This document shows positions 26,725 through 36,639 of a DNA stretch of 54,275 nt, piece by piece (within the stretch, counting starts at the first letter, position 1; every line of letters begins with the position of its first letter). A program made the translations under genes and the position numbers. The notes under the pieces are model-generated. The model saw only the letters and a list, made by a program, of their open reading frames with translations, was not told the DNA's origin and searched no databases. Source of the DNA: a virus (lineage: Duplodnaviria > Caudoviricetes); IMG/VR virus record IMGVR_UViG_3300043466_002653, positions 1 through 54,275 of that record; one strand, given 5' to 3'.

Positions 26725-27752
26725 AAACAGCATTAGTTTTAGGAGCAGGTGGTTTTATAGGAAGCCATATGGTAAAGCGTTTAAAGTCAGAAGGATACTG
26801 GGTCAGAGGCGTTGATTTAAAACATCCAGATTTTTCTGAAACTCAGGCAGATGAGTTTATTGAAAGAGATCTATCTGTCTATGAAAATGTTGAAAAAGCA
26901 ATTCAGTTTAAGGGGCATTTTGGTAATTTTTATTCAGAAATACCATACAAATTAATAACAACATTTGATGAAATATATCAGTTTGCAGCAGACATGGGTG
27001 GTGCTGGATATATTTTTACTGGAGAAAATGATTCTCAGATTATGGAAAACTCTGCACTTATAAACCTTAATTTACTTAGGGCTCAATCAAGACTAAACGC
27101 AAAATATGATATTAACAAAACCAAGATATTCTATTCAAGTTCTGCTTGTATGTATCCTGATTACAAGCAGTTAGATGTTAGTAATCCTGGACTTAAGGAG
27201 TCTGATGCATACCCTGCAGATCCTGACAGCGAGTATGGCTGGGAAAAACTATTTAGTGAAAGAATGTTTTTAGCGTTTAATAGAAACAACAAGATCCCAG
27301 TAGCCATTGCCAGATATCATAATATTTATGGACCAGAAGGAACTTGGGATGGTGGAAAAGAAAAGGCTCCTGCTGCAATGTGTCGAAAAGTTATACAAGC
27401 AGATGGCTTTATAGAAATTTGGGGGGATGGAGAACAAACCCGATCATTCCTATATATAGATGAATGCATAGAGGCAACAAGAAGGCTTATGAAATCCGAC
27501 TTTTCTGGACCTGTTAATATTGGGTCTGAGGAAATGGTTACTATTAATCAGTTAGTAGACATTGCTTGCAGTATTGAGGGCAAGGTTTTAAGCAAGATGC
27601 ACATTCCTGGACCTTTAGGAGTTAGAGGCAGAAATTCTAATAACGACCTGGTCAGAGAAAAGTTAGGATGGGATTATTCTATGTCTCTTAAAGATGGAAT
27701 TAAAAAAACTTATAACTGGATACTTCAGGAAACAAAAAAGAACCCCTCCTAA
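26721..27752 (+). CDS. GDP-mannose 3,5-epimerase-like NAD-dependent epimerase
   Basis: GAGGFIG, AADMGGAGYI, SSACMYP, YGWEK, GGKEKAPAA.CRK and GVRGRNS motifs. Confidence 0.9.
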   Translation: MKTALVLGAGGFIGSHMVKRLKSEGYWVRGVDLKHPDFSETQADEFIERDLSVYENVEKAIQFKGHFGNFYSEIPYKLITTFDEIYQFAADMGGAGYIFTGENDSQIMENSALINLNLLRAQSRLNAKYDINKTKIFYSSSACMYPDYKQLDVSNPGLKESDAYPADPDSEYGWEKLFSERMFLAFNRNNKIPVAIARYHNIYGPEGTWDGGKEKAPAAMCRKVIQADGFIEIWGDGEQTRSFLYIDECIEATRRLMKSDFSGPVNIGSEEMVTINQLVDIACSIEGKVLSKMHIPGPLGVRGRNSNNDLVREKLGWDYSMSLKDGIKKTYNWILQETKKNPS

Positions 27753-27759
27753 GAGGGGT
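27742..27759. terminator. bidirectional terminator
   Basis: ACCCCTC-CTAA-GAGGGGT between convergent genes. Confidence 0.7.
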
Positions 27760-27773
27760 CCTAATTTTATATA

Positions 27774-28337
27774 TTATTTAGGAAATTTAGCCATCCAAGT
27801 TTTAGTCCTTGGAGTGATGCCCTTCCATGAAGACCAGTCGTCTCCACCGTTACTCATATAGTATGCAATCTCTGCATTCTTGACGGGATTGAAAAGGTCA
27901 GCGTTAGAGTCAAGATCAAATTTTGTTCTACGATCAGGACCAAGGGAATCAATCATATTAATTTGGAACATTCCATAAGACGAGTCACCAGTCTTATGAT
28001 TACCATTAAAAGCCAGTGGTCGCCCATTAGACTCCTTTTTAGCAACTGCCCAAGCGACTACAAGGTCTTTACCCTTGAAGCCTACTAAGGACAGAAGTTC
28101 CTTTAGTTCTAAATCAGTCAGAGAAACTTTATTTTCAAAACTCTCCAACTTTTTAGCCTTAGAAACCAAAAAAACCTCTTTCGAGGCGATTTCTACTGTT
28201 TGAGCCTGTTTCAGGCTAAGGTTATTTTTCGTACTTATTTCTGGAGCAGCATTAGCAGCATTAGAAAATACACTGATAAGTGCCACGATACTGAGTGTGC
28301 TAATGATCTCTTTGTTTCTTTCGATAAATTTAATCAT
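27774..28337 (-). CDS. secreted lytic transglycosylase / lysozyme-like protein
   Basis: Signal peptide ending ANA; AVAKKESNG, SYGMFQIN, NA.IA and WSSW motifs; AAGGAGG SD. Confidence 0.85.
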   Translation of the reverse strand: MIKFIERNKEIISTLSIVALISVFSNAANAAPEISTKNNLSLKQAQTVEIASKEVFLVSKAKKLESFENKVSLTDLELKELLSLVGFKGKDLVVAWAVAKKESNGRPLAFNGNHKTGDSSYGMFQINMIDSLGPDRRTKFDLDSNADLFNPVKNAEIAYYMSNGGDDWSSWKGITPRTKTWMAKFPK

Positions 28338-28439
28338 AGTTTCCTCCTTAGAAAACAATAACACCCTGATAGGTGTCTACTGACAAGTATAACATGATTT
28401 TCGGCTAAAAGTCAAATTTGGGTGTATAATTATTTTATT

Positions 28440-28958
28440 ATGACTACATATGACTTTTCTGCAACGGGAGTTAAATATCCCCTGGAAACATCACCAGTAA
28501 ATGTACACGGAGATTTCAAGAAATTAGCAGAATCTCTTGATGCAATTCTACCAGCATATGGCGTATCATATTTTCAGATTAATGTAAAAAATAATAGCGG
28601 GGCTTCAATAAGTGCTGGAGTGCCAGTATATGCAACAGGCTATTCAGCAAAAACCACAATAGCAAAAGCCCTTCCATCTACATCGTCTCCAATATTAGGA
28701 TTATTAAAAAACACTACAGCAAACGGATTTGATGGAGTAGTAGTTGTTGCTGGAGTTATGGAAGGTTTAAATACTTCAAGTTTTGTTGCAGGACAGGTTT
28801 TGTATGTTGGAGAATCTGGAGGTTTAACAAATGTTAGACCAAGCACAGGATCAGCAGCAGTCGGAATTTGTGCATATGCAAATAATACAAATGGAATTGT
28901 AATAGTAGAAGCAAAAGGAAACGGTACCTGGGGAGCACTCAGAGACGGTTTGTCGTGA
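28440..28958 (+). CDS. virion structural protein
   Basis: NNSG.SI.AG.PVY and GQVLYV..GGLT motifs. Confidence 0.65.
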   Translation: MTTYDFSATGVKYPLETSPVNVHGDFKKLAESLDAILPAYGVSYFQINVKNNSGASISAGVPVYATGYSAKTTIAKALPSTSSPILGLLKNTTANGFDGVVVVAGVMEGLNTSSFVAGQVLYVGESGGLTNVRPSTGSAAVGICAYANNTNGIVIVEAKGNGTWGALRDGLS

Positions 28959-28970
28959 TATAATAATATT

Positions 28971-29381
28971 ATGGCAACTCTTAGAGGATCTCAAACATCA
29001 TATGATATAGGCAATAAACCTCCTACAGTTATTTGGACTGTAGTTCGTGGAGATACTTCTGGATTTAAGGTTTATGTAACAGACGATGCCAAGCAGCCTT
29101 TGATTCTAAAAGGTGCGGGATCTGACTGGGATATTGCCATGAAGATTAAAAGACCTACCTCAACCCCTGGAATTATTACAGACAACGCAACAACAATCAT
29201 GGCACTTTACCCAGTTGCAGATGAGGATGACCTGGTTGGAGAATTTACAGTTTGGCTTACAGCAGAAGAATCTAATGTTTTGCAGACAGGAGACATCTTT
29301 GATATTCAAGTTAGCGATCCTACAAGAGTCTGGACAGTTGCTCAGGGTAGCATGAAGATCCTTGAAGATGTAACAGATTAA
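28971..29381 (+). CDS. BppU-like adaptor protein
   Basis: WTVVRGDT...FDIQV...EDVT. Confidence 0.65.
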   Translation: MATLRGSQTSYDIGNKPPTVIWTVVRGDTSGFKVYVTDDAKQPLILKGAGSDWDIAMKIKRPTSTPGIITDNATTIMALYPVADEDDLVGEFTVWLTAEESNVLQTGDIFDIQVSDPTRVWTVAQGSMKILEDVTD

Positions 29382-29605
29382 TGGCAACAGCAGTAATCCT
29401 TGACAATCTAAAAAATAAAACAGAGAGAATCTTTCCAATAGATTATCCAGAAGTTCAAATAGAAGACTTTACAAGAAAAACAGTTATAACAGAGGTTTTA
29501 CCGTTTAGGGTTAAGTTTAGTGCAATACAAATACAGGCTATTGGTTTGGGAAATACCCCAGCAATTCCGCTTCAAGTAATTGGCTATAGCAACTATATTC
29601 TCTAA
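29381..29605 (+). CDS. hypothetical structural protein
   Basis: TAATG-coupled 74-aa ORF. Confidence 0.65.
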   Translation: MATAVILDNLKNKTERIFPIDYPEVQIEDFTRKTVITEVLPFRVKFSAIQIQAIGLGNTPAIPLQVIGYSNYIL

Positions 29606-29638
29606 TAAGATTATTAAAAGGGGTGTTATAATTACAGC

Positions 29639-30085
29639 ATGGCTAAGATATCAATCGCAAATGTAAAGAATCTGTTTCAAACAGGTGACAGACCTACTCA
29701 AGCAGACTATGTTGATTTAATTGATACTGCAACTGCTCAAGCAACAGATCTGGGTTCAGCAGGTAACAATGAAACTACAATCAATGGTCTTGAGACCGCA
29801 ACTGTTATTGATGACTTTGATGCAACAGTTTGGCGTATGGTGAAGTATATTATTTCAATAGCAAAAACTTCAGCAGGGGACAACAAGTTCTACGCAACTG
29901 AATTAACAATTCTCGTTGACGGTACAGATGTATCTGTTAGCGAATATGGAACAATCGACACGAATGGGAATATTGGCACCATTAATGTCTCTCGCACTGG
30001 AAATACCGTGGCTATTACAGTCACTCCAGATCCTGCGATAAGGCCAGTCACTGTACGTTACGCACGTATAGGACTTAAGGCATAA
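29639..30085 (+). CDS. tail fibre-associated protein
   Basis: FQTGDRPT..DY.DLID N-terminus; SEYG domain also seen at the C-terminus of the 30102 gene. Confidence 0.7.
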   Translation: MAKISIANVKNLFQTGDRPTQADYVDLIDTATAQATDLGSAGNNETTINGLETATVIDDFDATVWRMVKYIISIAKTSAGDNKFYATELTILVDGTDVSVSEYGTIDTNGNIGTINVSRTGNTVAITVTPDPAIRPVTVRYARIGLKA

Positions 30086-30101
30086 CTAAGGAGATATAAA
30101 A

Positions 30102-33100
30102 ATGGCAACAGTAAATAAAGATTTTAAGATTAAGCAAGGACTGATTGTTGAAGGATCAACAGCAACAGTAGCAGGCAATGACATTCTTACGAAGAATGAA
30201 GCATCAGATAACTACATCATTGATCTTATTGGTGGAGAAACACTAATCACATCTGTTGAATCAACACAGATGGAAGTTGTTTCTGGCGAACTAAATATTA
30301 AATCAGGTGTATTTGATGCATCAGGTGCAGCAGCATCAGCCCAGTCTGCAGCAGAATCAACTGCTTCAGGATATGTAACAACACACGCAAACCTTACAGA
30401 AGCCCATGGCGCAACAGGTGCGGTAGTTGGAACAACCAACACACAAACACTAACTAACAAGACTTTAACTTCTCCAGTAATTAATACACCTACTGGAATT
30501 ACAAAGTCAGATGTAGGACTTGCAAATGTTGATAATACTTCAGATGCCAATAAGCCAGTTTCAACCGCTACACAGACAGCATTAGACCTTAAGGCGAATC
30601 TTAATTCACCAACATTTACAGGAACAGTAACACTGCCTGCAAACACAATTTCACAATCAATGATGGCCGATGACTCAGTTGGAACTAATGAAATTGGTGG
30701 TCTTGCAGTAACAACTGCAAAGATTGCTGATGCAGCAGTTACATCAGGTAAACTTGCTACATCTCTTGACTTGGCTGGAACACCTACTGCTCCTACAGCA
30801 ACTGCAGGAACAAACAGCACTCAGATTGCAACAACTGCATACGCAGACGCAGCAGTAGCAGCACTTGTAGGTGGAGCACCCGATCTTCTAAATACTCTTA
30901 ATGAGTTGGCAGCAGCACTTGATGATAATCCAGATGTTATTGGTGATCTTCAAGATATTGCAGCAGGAAAGCAAGATACATTAACTGCAGGCGATAACAT
31001 TGACATTACAGGAGCAACAATTTCTGTAACTGGTCTTGTAGCAGCAGATATCTCTGATTTTGGTTCAGCATCACAAACAGCAAATATCGGATACTACGAT
31101 CCAGCAGGCTCAGCAGAGACAGCACAAGAAAATGCTGAAAACTATGCAGATGGGCTTGCAGTTAACTATGATGCAGCAGGTTCTGCTTCAACAGCACAGA
31201 CTAATGCTGAATCTTTTGCTACAAATGCAATTAATGCTCTTGACACAGACGACATTGAAGAAGGAGCGGCACAATACTTTACAGATGTTCGTGCTAAGTC
31301 TTCAGCAGCAGATCTTTTGACTGGTGCAAATCTTACAAACATTACAATTACAGGAACAGGATCAGGACTTACTATCACTGCAGAAAACGGTGTAGCAGGT
31401 TCTACAACAACTGACCTTTCAGAAGGTACAAACCTTTACTTTACAGACGAAAGAGCACAAGATGCCATTGGAAACAATGTTGGAACTGGTCTTTCCTATA
31501 ATAATACAACAGGTGCAGTATCTGTAACAGAAAATACTTATGATGCATATGGTTCAGCATCAACTGTAGCAGGAAATCTTTCAAATCATACAAGCGCAAC
31601 AGAAGCACACGGTGCAACTGGAGCGGTAGTAGGAACAACAAATACTCAAACACTTACAAATAAGACATTGACAAGCCCAACTCTTACAACTCCAGATCTT
31701 GGCGTTGCTACTGCTACATCTATTAACAGTACAACGATTCCATCATCAAAGACTCTTGTTGTAACAACAGATAAGTTAAACGTACTTGCAGCAACAAGTT
31801 CATCAGAACTTGCTGGTATCATCTCTGATGAAACTGGTACTGGAGCACTTGTTTTTGCTGATACCCCAACACTTGTAACACCAATTATTGGTGCTGCAAC
31901 TGGTACATCCCTTGAACTTTCATCAAACGATCTTGATGTTGGTTCTCAGTCTGCTGGATTAAGAATATCAGACGGCTACGTAAACCCAATGGCCGTATTC
32001 TCTATGGATGCAGATGATGATTACGCACAAGTAGTAATTAAGAACACTGGCAATGGCGTAAATTCTTCTTCTGATATCCAAGCATACTCAGATAATGGTA
32101 ATGATACCACTGGTGGTTGGATTGACATGGGTATTACTTCAAGCAACTTTGCTGATGCAAGTTTTACAATCACTGGCAAAAATGATGGTTATATCTTTAT
32201 GGAAGCCCCTGAAAGTACAACTGGTAATGGAGATCTTGTTCTTGCTACTGGTGCCAACGGTGCACAAAACAGAATTGTTTTTGCTGCTGGAGGACTTTCT
32301 TCAGATAATACACAAATGACAATTACACCAGATGAGTCTGTAAGAATTGTTATTGATACCGCTTCAACATCACCATCAACTGGTGCTCTTGTTGTAGATG
32401 GTGGCGTTGGTATTCAAGGTGACGTTAATATTCAAGGTAACATCACATTTGGTGGTGCAGGAACAAGCCTTACAACTGAAAACTTAGCAGTTACAGATCC
32501 ACTCATCTTTGTTGGTGATGGAAATGCATCAGATGCTGTCGATATGGGTCTTATTGCAGAATACAAAGAGTCCTCTACTACAAAATACGCAGGTATTGTT
32601 CGTGATGCCAGTGATGGAGTATTTAAACTTTTTGAAGATGCAACAACAAAACCTACTTCAACTGTAAACTTTTCTGAGGCTGGTTTAGGATATGGAGATC
32701 TACGGGTAGATGAAATTACCGCAGCATCTGCAGTTATAACTAATATAACAATTGGAACAGTTGATCAAACTGAGATTGCTCACCTAAATGGCGTAACTTC
32801 AGCAATTCAAACTCAATTAGATGATAAGTCAACTGCCTCAAAAACAGAAACACTTACAAATAAAACAATTGATGGTGCAAATAACACTATTACAAATGTT
32901 GCTATAAGCACAGGAGTATCAGGTCTTGGAACTGGCGTAGCAACATTCCTTGCAACACCATCTTCTGCAAATCTTGCATCAGCAGTAACTGATGAGACAG
33001 GAACAGGCGCATTAGTATTTGCTAATACACCAACTCTTGTAACTCCAGAACTTGGAGCCGCAACTGGAACAAGCATTGCTTTCCCAGATGCTTTAGTTGG

Positions 33101-33401
33101 ATCTGCAACTGGAACAGCAGGAACATCAGCAACAACAATTGATACATGGTCAGCAACTACATACTCTGCTGCTAAATATTTTGTCCAAATGAAAAAGGAC
33201 AATGATATTGAAGTAATTGAAATGCTTGTTGCAGTAGATGGAAACAACAACGTTTATGTTACAGAATATGGTAATGTTGTAAGCAACGTAGAACTTGGAA
33301 CAACAAATGCCGTTTATAGCGGTGGAAATGTTCTTCTTCAAGTAACTGCTGCTGCAGCAGGAACAAGCGTTAAGGTTTCAAAAACATATATTGAAGCATA
33401 A
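30102..33401 (+). CDS. long tail fibre protein
   Basis: TQTLTNKTLT, VGLANVDNTSD, PTAPTA..NSTQIATTA, LNTLNELAAAL, NLYFTDERA and DETGTGALVFA modules. Confidence 0.85.
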   Translation: MATVNKDFKIKQGLIVEGSTATVAGNDILTKNEASDNYIIDLIGGETLITSVESTQMEVVSGELNIKSGVFDASGAAASAQSAAESTASGYVTTHANLTEAHGATGAVVGTTNTQTLTNKTLTSPVINTPTGITKSDVGLANVDNTSDANKPVSTATQTALDLKANLNSPTFTGTVTLPANTISQSMMADDSVGTNEIGGLAVTTAKIADAAVTSGKLATSLDLAGTPTAPTATAGTNSTQIATTAYADAAVAALVGGAPDLLNTLNELAAALDDNPDVIGDLQDIAAGKQDTLTAGDNIDITGATISVTGLVAADISDFGSASQTANIGYYDPAGSAETAQENAENYADGLAVNYDAAGSASTAQTNAESFATNAINALDTDDIEEGAAQYFTDVRAKSSAADLLTGANLTNITITGTGSGLTITAENGVAGSTTTDLSEGTNLYFTDERAQDAIGNNVGTGLSYNNTTGAVSVTENTYDAYGSASTVAGNLSNHTSATEAHGATGAVVGTTNTQTLTNKTLTSPTLTTPDLGVATATSINSTTIPSSKTLVVTTDKLNVLAATSSSELAGIISDETGTGALVFADTPTLVTPIIGAATGTSLELSSNDLDVGSQSAGLRISDGYVNPMAVFSMDADDDYAQVVIKNTGNGVNSSSDIQAYSDNGNDTTGGWIDMGITSSNFADASFTITGKNDGYIFMEAPESTTGNGDLVLATGANGAQNRIVFAAGGLSSDNTQMTITPDESVRIVIDTASTSPSTGALVVDGGVGIQGDVNIQGNITFGGAGTSLTTENLAVTDPLIFVGDGNASDAVDMGLIAEYKESSTTKYAGIVRDASDGVFKLFEDATTKPTSTVNFSEAGLGYGDLRVDEITAASAVITNITIGTVDQTEIAHLNGVTSAIQTQLDDKSTASKTETLTNKTIDGANNTITNVAISTGVSGLGTGVATFLATPSSANLASAVTDETGTGALVFANTPTLVTPELGAATGTSIAFPDALVGSATGTAGTSATTIDTWSATTYSAAKYFVQMKKDNDIEVIEMLVAVDGNNNVYVTEYGNVVSNVELGTTNAVYSGGNVLLQVTAAAAGTSVKVSKTYIEA

Positions 33402-33426
33402 AAAAATAAAAAGTAGGGGGTAAGAA

Positions 33427-33882
33427 ATGGCAACAGAGAACAGAGACTTTAAAGTCAAGAATGGACTAGTCGTAGCAAGTGGCGGTACATTCGGCGGGAC
33501 AGTGGTAGTAGGAACTCCTACAGAAAACTCTCACGCAGCAACTAAGGCATATGTAGATTCAGTAACTGGGTCTATGGCTGTAGGATCAACTGCCCCTGCT
33601 TCACCAACTAATGGAACACAGTGGTTGGATACTTCAACAAACAGAGTAAACTTTTATTATGATGGTTCTTGGTATACCCAAGCAACTATTGATGATGCAA
33701 GTAATCTTCCACAGCATATTCACGATACAGCAATTGATGGAACTGGTTTCATAGTATCTCAGTTCTACGATGGTGCAACATTCAATAGCCCACAGGGTGC
33801 AGGTTTAGATGCTGGAGGTCCAAGTACATCAACTTGGACAGTAGTATTTGATGGCGGAAGTGCAGTAGATAACTTCAATTAA
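33427..33882 (+). CDS. tail fibre-associated protein
   Basis: DFKVKNGL N-terminus as in the 30102 gene; HAATKAYVD and W.DT motifs. Confidence 0.7.
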   Translation: MATENRDFKVKNGLVVASGGTFGGTVVVGTPTENSHAATKAYVDSVTGSMAVGSTAPASPTNGTQWLDTSTNRVNFYYDGSWYTQATIDDASNLPQHIHDTAIDGTGFIVSQFYDGATFNSPQGAGLDAGGPSTSTWTVVFDGGSAVDNFN

Positions 33883-33936
33883 AAAGGGGTTATAATAAGA
33901 TAGTAAATGGGCAGCACCCATAAGGAGAAATAAAAT

Positions 33937-35214
33937 ATGGCAACAAGAATGCAACAGCGTAGAGGTACTGCAGCACAATGGACTGCAGCAAACCCAACTT
34001 TAGCAGCAGGCGAAATCGGTTTTGAGACAGATACAAACAAGTTTAAAATGGGTAACGGTTCTTCAAACTGGGTTGCGCTAACATATTTTGCTAATAACTC
34101 AGCATTAACAGACCTCCTTACAGGATCCCCAGAGGCACTAAATACCTTGGATGAAATTGCAGCAGCAATTAATGATGATCCAGCATTTTTCACAACAATA
34201 GCAACAAACTTATCAACTCATGCATCTGATACAACATCTATTCATGGAATTACAGATACAGCGCTACTTGCAACACAGTCATATGTTGCAGATCAAATTG
34301 CTTCAGTAACAGGAGACTATTCAACTCTTGCTGGTGTAGGAATTGACTGGAATGCTGATACAGATGCGTTTGATATTGCTAATACTGTAGCAACTACAGC
34401 AAATATAACTGATCATAACGCCGATACAACAGCAGTTCACGGTATTGCAGATACTTCACTTCTTGCAACTACAGCAAATGTATCAACTGCTCAAACTGCA
34501 GCAGAGACTACAGCATCTGGATATGTAACAACACATAATTCAGCAACAACAAATGTTCACGGAATTGCAGATACTGCAGTATTAGTTACAACAACTGGAA
34601 CACAAACTTTAACAAATAAAACAATTACATCTCCTGTAGGAATTACAAAGACAGATGTAGGCCTTGGAAGTGTTGATAATACAGCAGATGCAGATAAGCC
34701 AGTTTCAACTGCACAGGCTACAGCAATTTCAACTGCTAAAACAGAGGCTATTGCAGATGCAACCGCTCAGGTAACTGCAGTTCTTGATAGTGCTCCAGCA
34801 GCACTAAATACTCTTAATGAACTTGCTGCAGCACTTGGCGACGACGCTGATTTTGCAGGAACAATAACAACAAGTCTTGGATTAAAGGTAGACTCACTAA
34901 CACCAATTAGTGCAAAGACAGCATCATATACACTTTCATCATTAACTGAAAGAGATGATTTAATTGAAATGTATTCAGCATCAGCAGGAATAACTCTTTC
35001 AATCCCAACAGATGCTACATTAGATTATCCAATTGGAACATCTATTGATATTCTTCAAACTGGAGCAGGACAGGTAACAATCGCAGCGGTTACACCTGGA
35101 ACTACAACAGTTAACTCAACACCTGGCTTAAAACTTCGTGCACAATGGTCATCTGCAACTCTCTTTAAGAGAGCAGCAAATACATGGGTTGTCTACGGCG
35201 ACTTGACAGCGTAA
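33937..35214 (+). CDS. tail fibre with Mtd/hyaluronidase-type N-terminal domain
   Basis: RRGTAAQW..ANPTLAAGEIGFETDT.KFK.G.G; C-terminal WVVYGDL. Confidence 0.85.
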   Translation: MATRMQQRRGTAAQWTAANPTLAAGEIGFETDTNKFKMGNGSSNWVALTYFANNSALTDLLTGSPEALNTLDEIAAAINDDPAFFTTIATNLSTHASDTTSIHGITDTALLATQSYVADQIASVTGDYSTLAGVGIDWNADTDAFDIANTVATTANITDHNADTTAVHGIADTSLLATTANVSTAQTAAETTASGYVTTHNSATTNVHGIADTAVLVTTTGTQTLTNKTITSPVGITKTDVGLGSVDNTADADKPVSTAQATAISTAKTEAIADATAQVTAVLDSAPAALNTLNELAAALGDDADFAGTITTSLGLKVDSLTPISAKTASYTLSSLTERDDLIEMYSASAGITLSIPTDATLDYPIGTSIDILQTGAGQVTIAAVTPGTTTVNSTPGLKLRAQWSSATLFKRAANTWVVYGDLTA

Positions 35215-35246
35215 TACAAAATTCAATAAGAAACTAGGAGAATAAC

Positions 35247-36545
35247 ATGGCAGCAGGAAAAAAAGCAGGTAGAAAGTCTCAAGCGTCTAACGACTTCTTA
35301 GAGCCTTTAGCACCAACAGGTGCTACAGCAACAAACGTAGGAACAGCAAGAGCCTTTAATAATGGTTCAGCAACCGTTTCTTTCTCTCTACCAGCACTTT
35401 CTCCAGCAGCCACATCCTTTACAGCCACATCTTCTCCTGGAGGATACACTGCAACTGGCGCTAGTTCACCACTTACAGTAACTGGTCTTCAATCTAATAC
35501 TGCATATACATTTACAGTAACAGCAACAAATGCTGCAGGAACATCCGCTGCTTCAGCAGCATCTGCTTCAATTACTGCAACAACAGTTCCAGCAACACCT
35601 TCAGCACCAACTGTAACTACACAGGTTAATCAGGATAACGTTTCTTGGTCTGCCCCAGCAACTGGTGGATCTGCAATTACTGGATATACTTGGGCATCTT
35701 CTGATGGCAAGGGTGCAACAGTAGGATCAGCAGTAATAACTGCTGCAGTTACACAAGAAGGCGGAACTGCTCAGACCTATACTGTTTATGCAACAAATGC
35801 TAATGGTAACTCTGCAGTATCTCCAGCATCTAACTCTGTTACCACTACCCCACCATTCTTCCCACCGTTCTTTCCACCGTTCTTTCCGTTCTTTCCACCA
35901 TTCTTCCCACCATTCTTTCCGTTCTTCCCATTCTTTCCACCATTTTTCCCACCATTCTTTCCACCTTTCTTTCCACCATTCTTCCCATTCTTCCCATTCT
36001 TCCCACCTTTCTTCCCACCATACTTCCCATTCTTTCCTAACTTTTATGGAAACCTTGGTTGTATTGAAGCAGAGACTGAGTTACTTACTCCAACTGGTTT
36101 AGTTAAGGCTAAAGATCTTCAAATTGGAGATACAGTCTACTCAATAGACCTAAATGAGATGGGTCCAGACGAAGAAGACACATACATGCTATGGAGTTCA
36201 AACTCCTTAACAGCAAAAACTGCAGGATACGTAGAGGCTACAATTACAAACATTAGTCTTTCTGTTAAAGACAAGGTAGTATTCTTTAATAATAATAGAT
36301 CAGCCTCGTACTCTCTTACACAGCCAATCTTTATTAAAGACGCAGAAGGTACGTTTGGAATGAAAATTTCTTACGACATATGTGTTGGAGATACGCTAAT
36401 CAAAATACTTGCTGATGGATCAATAACAGAAGAGTTGGTAATCCGTATAGGATACACAGAACTTCCAGAAATATCAACTTACGCTATCTCTGTTGAACCG
36501 TATGACTGGTTTATCGCTGGTGGATTCTTAGTTCACAATAAGTAA
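35247..36545 (+). CDS. FN3 - (PPFF)n - Hint domain protein
   Basis: Two FN3 domains (GLQSNTAYTFTVTATN), 63-aa Pro/Phe tract, C-terminal Hint domain. Confidence 0.85.
   Translation: MAAGKKAGRKSQASNDFLEPLAPTGATATNVGTARAFNNGSATVSFSLPALSPAATSFTATSSPGGYTATGASSPLTVTGLQSNTAYTFTVTATNAAGTSAASAASASITATTVPATPSAPTVTTQVNQDNVSWSAPATGGSAITGYTWASSDGKGATVGSAVITAAVTQEGGTAQTYTVYATNANGNSAVSPASNSVTTTPPFFPPFFPPFFPFFPPFFPPFFPFFPFFPPFFPPFFPPFFPPFFPFFPFFPPFFPPYFPFFPNFYGNLGCIEAETELLTPTGLVKAKDLQIGDTVYSIDLNEMGPDEEDTYMLWSSNSLTAKTAGYVEATITNISLSVKDKVVFFNNNRSASYSLTQPIFIKDAEGTFGMKISYDICVGDTLIKILADGSITEELVIRIGYTELPEISTYAISVEPYDWFIAGGFLVHNK
35850..36038 (+). repeat. Pro-Phe coding repeat (PPFF/PFF)
   Basis: 63 codons encoding only P, F and one Y. 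Confidence 0.95.
36060..36539 (+). other. Hint (Hedgehog/intein-like) autoprocessing domain
   Basis: Begins G|CIEAETELLTPTG..AKDLQIGDTV, ends FIAGGFLVHN followed by one Lys. Confidence 0.85.
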
Positions 36546-36553
36546 TAAAAGAT

Positions 36554-36589
36554 AATACCCCCTTAAAGAAAAATCTAAAAGGGGGTATT
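36554..36589 (+). terminator. intrinsic terminator
   Basis: AATACCCCCTT...AAGGGGGTATT followed by a T-rich tract. Confidence 0.7.
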
Positions 36590-36639
36590 TCTTTTTCATA
36601 AAATATGGTATCATTAGTTATAGAGAAAAAAGGGACAAC

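Noticed and set aside
33937-35214. Diversity-generating retroelement suggested by the Mtd-type N-terminal domain
   Set aside because: No reverse transcriptase and no template/variable repeat pair differing at adenines was seen.
36060-36539. Classical mobile intein
   Set aside because: No homing endonuclease and no Cys/Ser/Thr +1 residue or C-extein; treated as a Hint autoprocessing domain.
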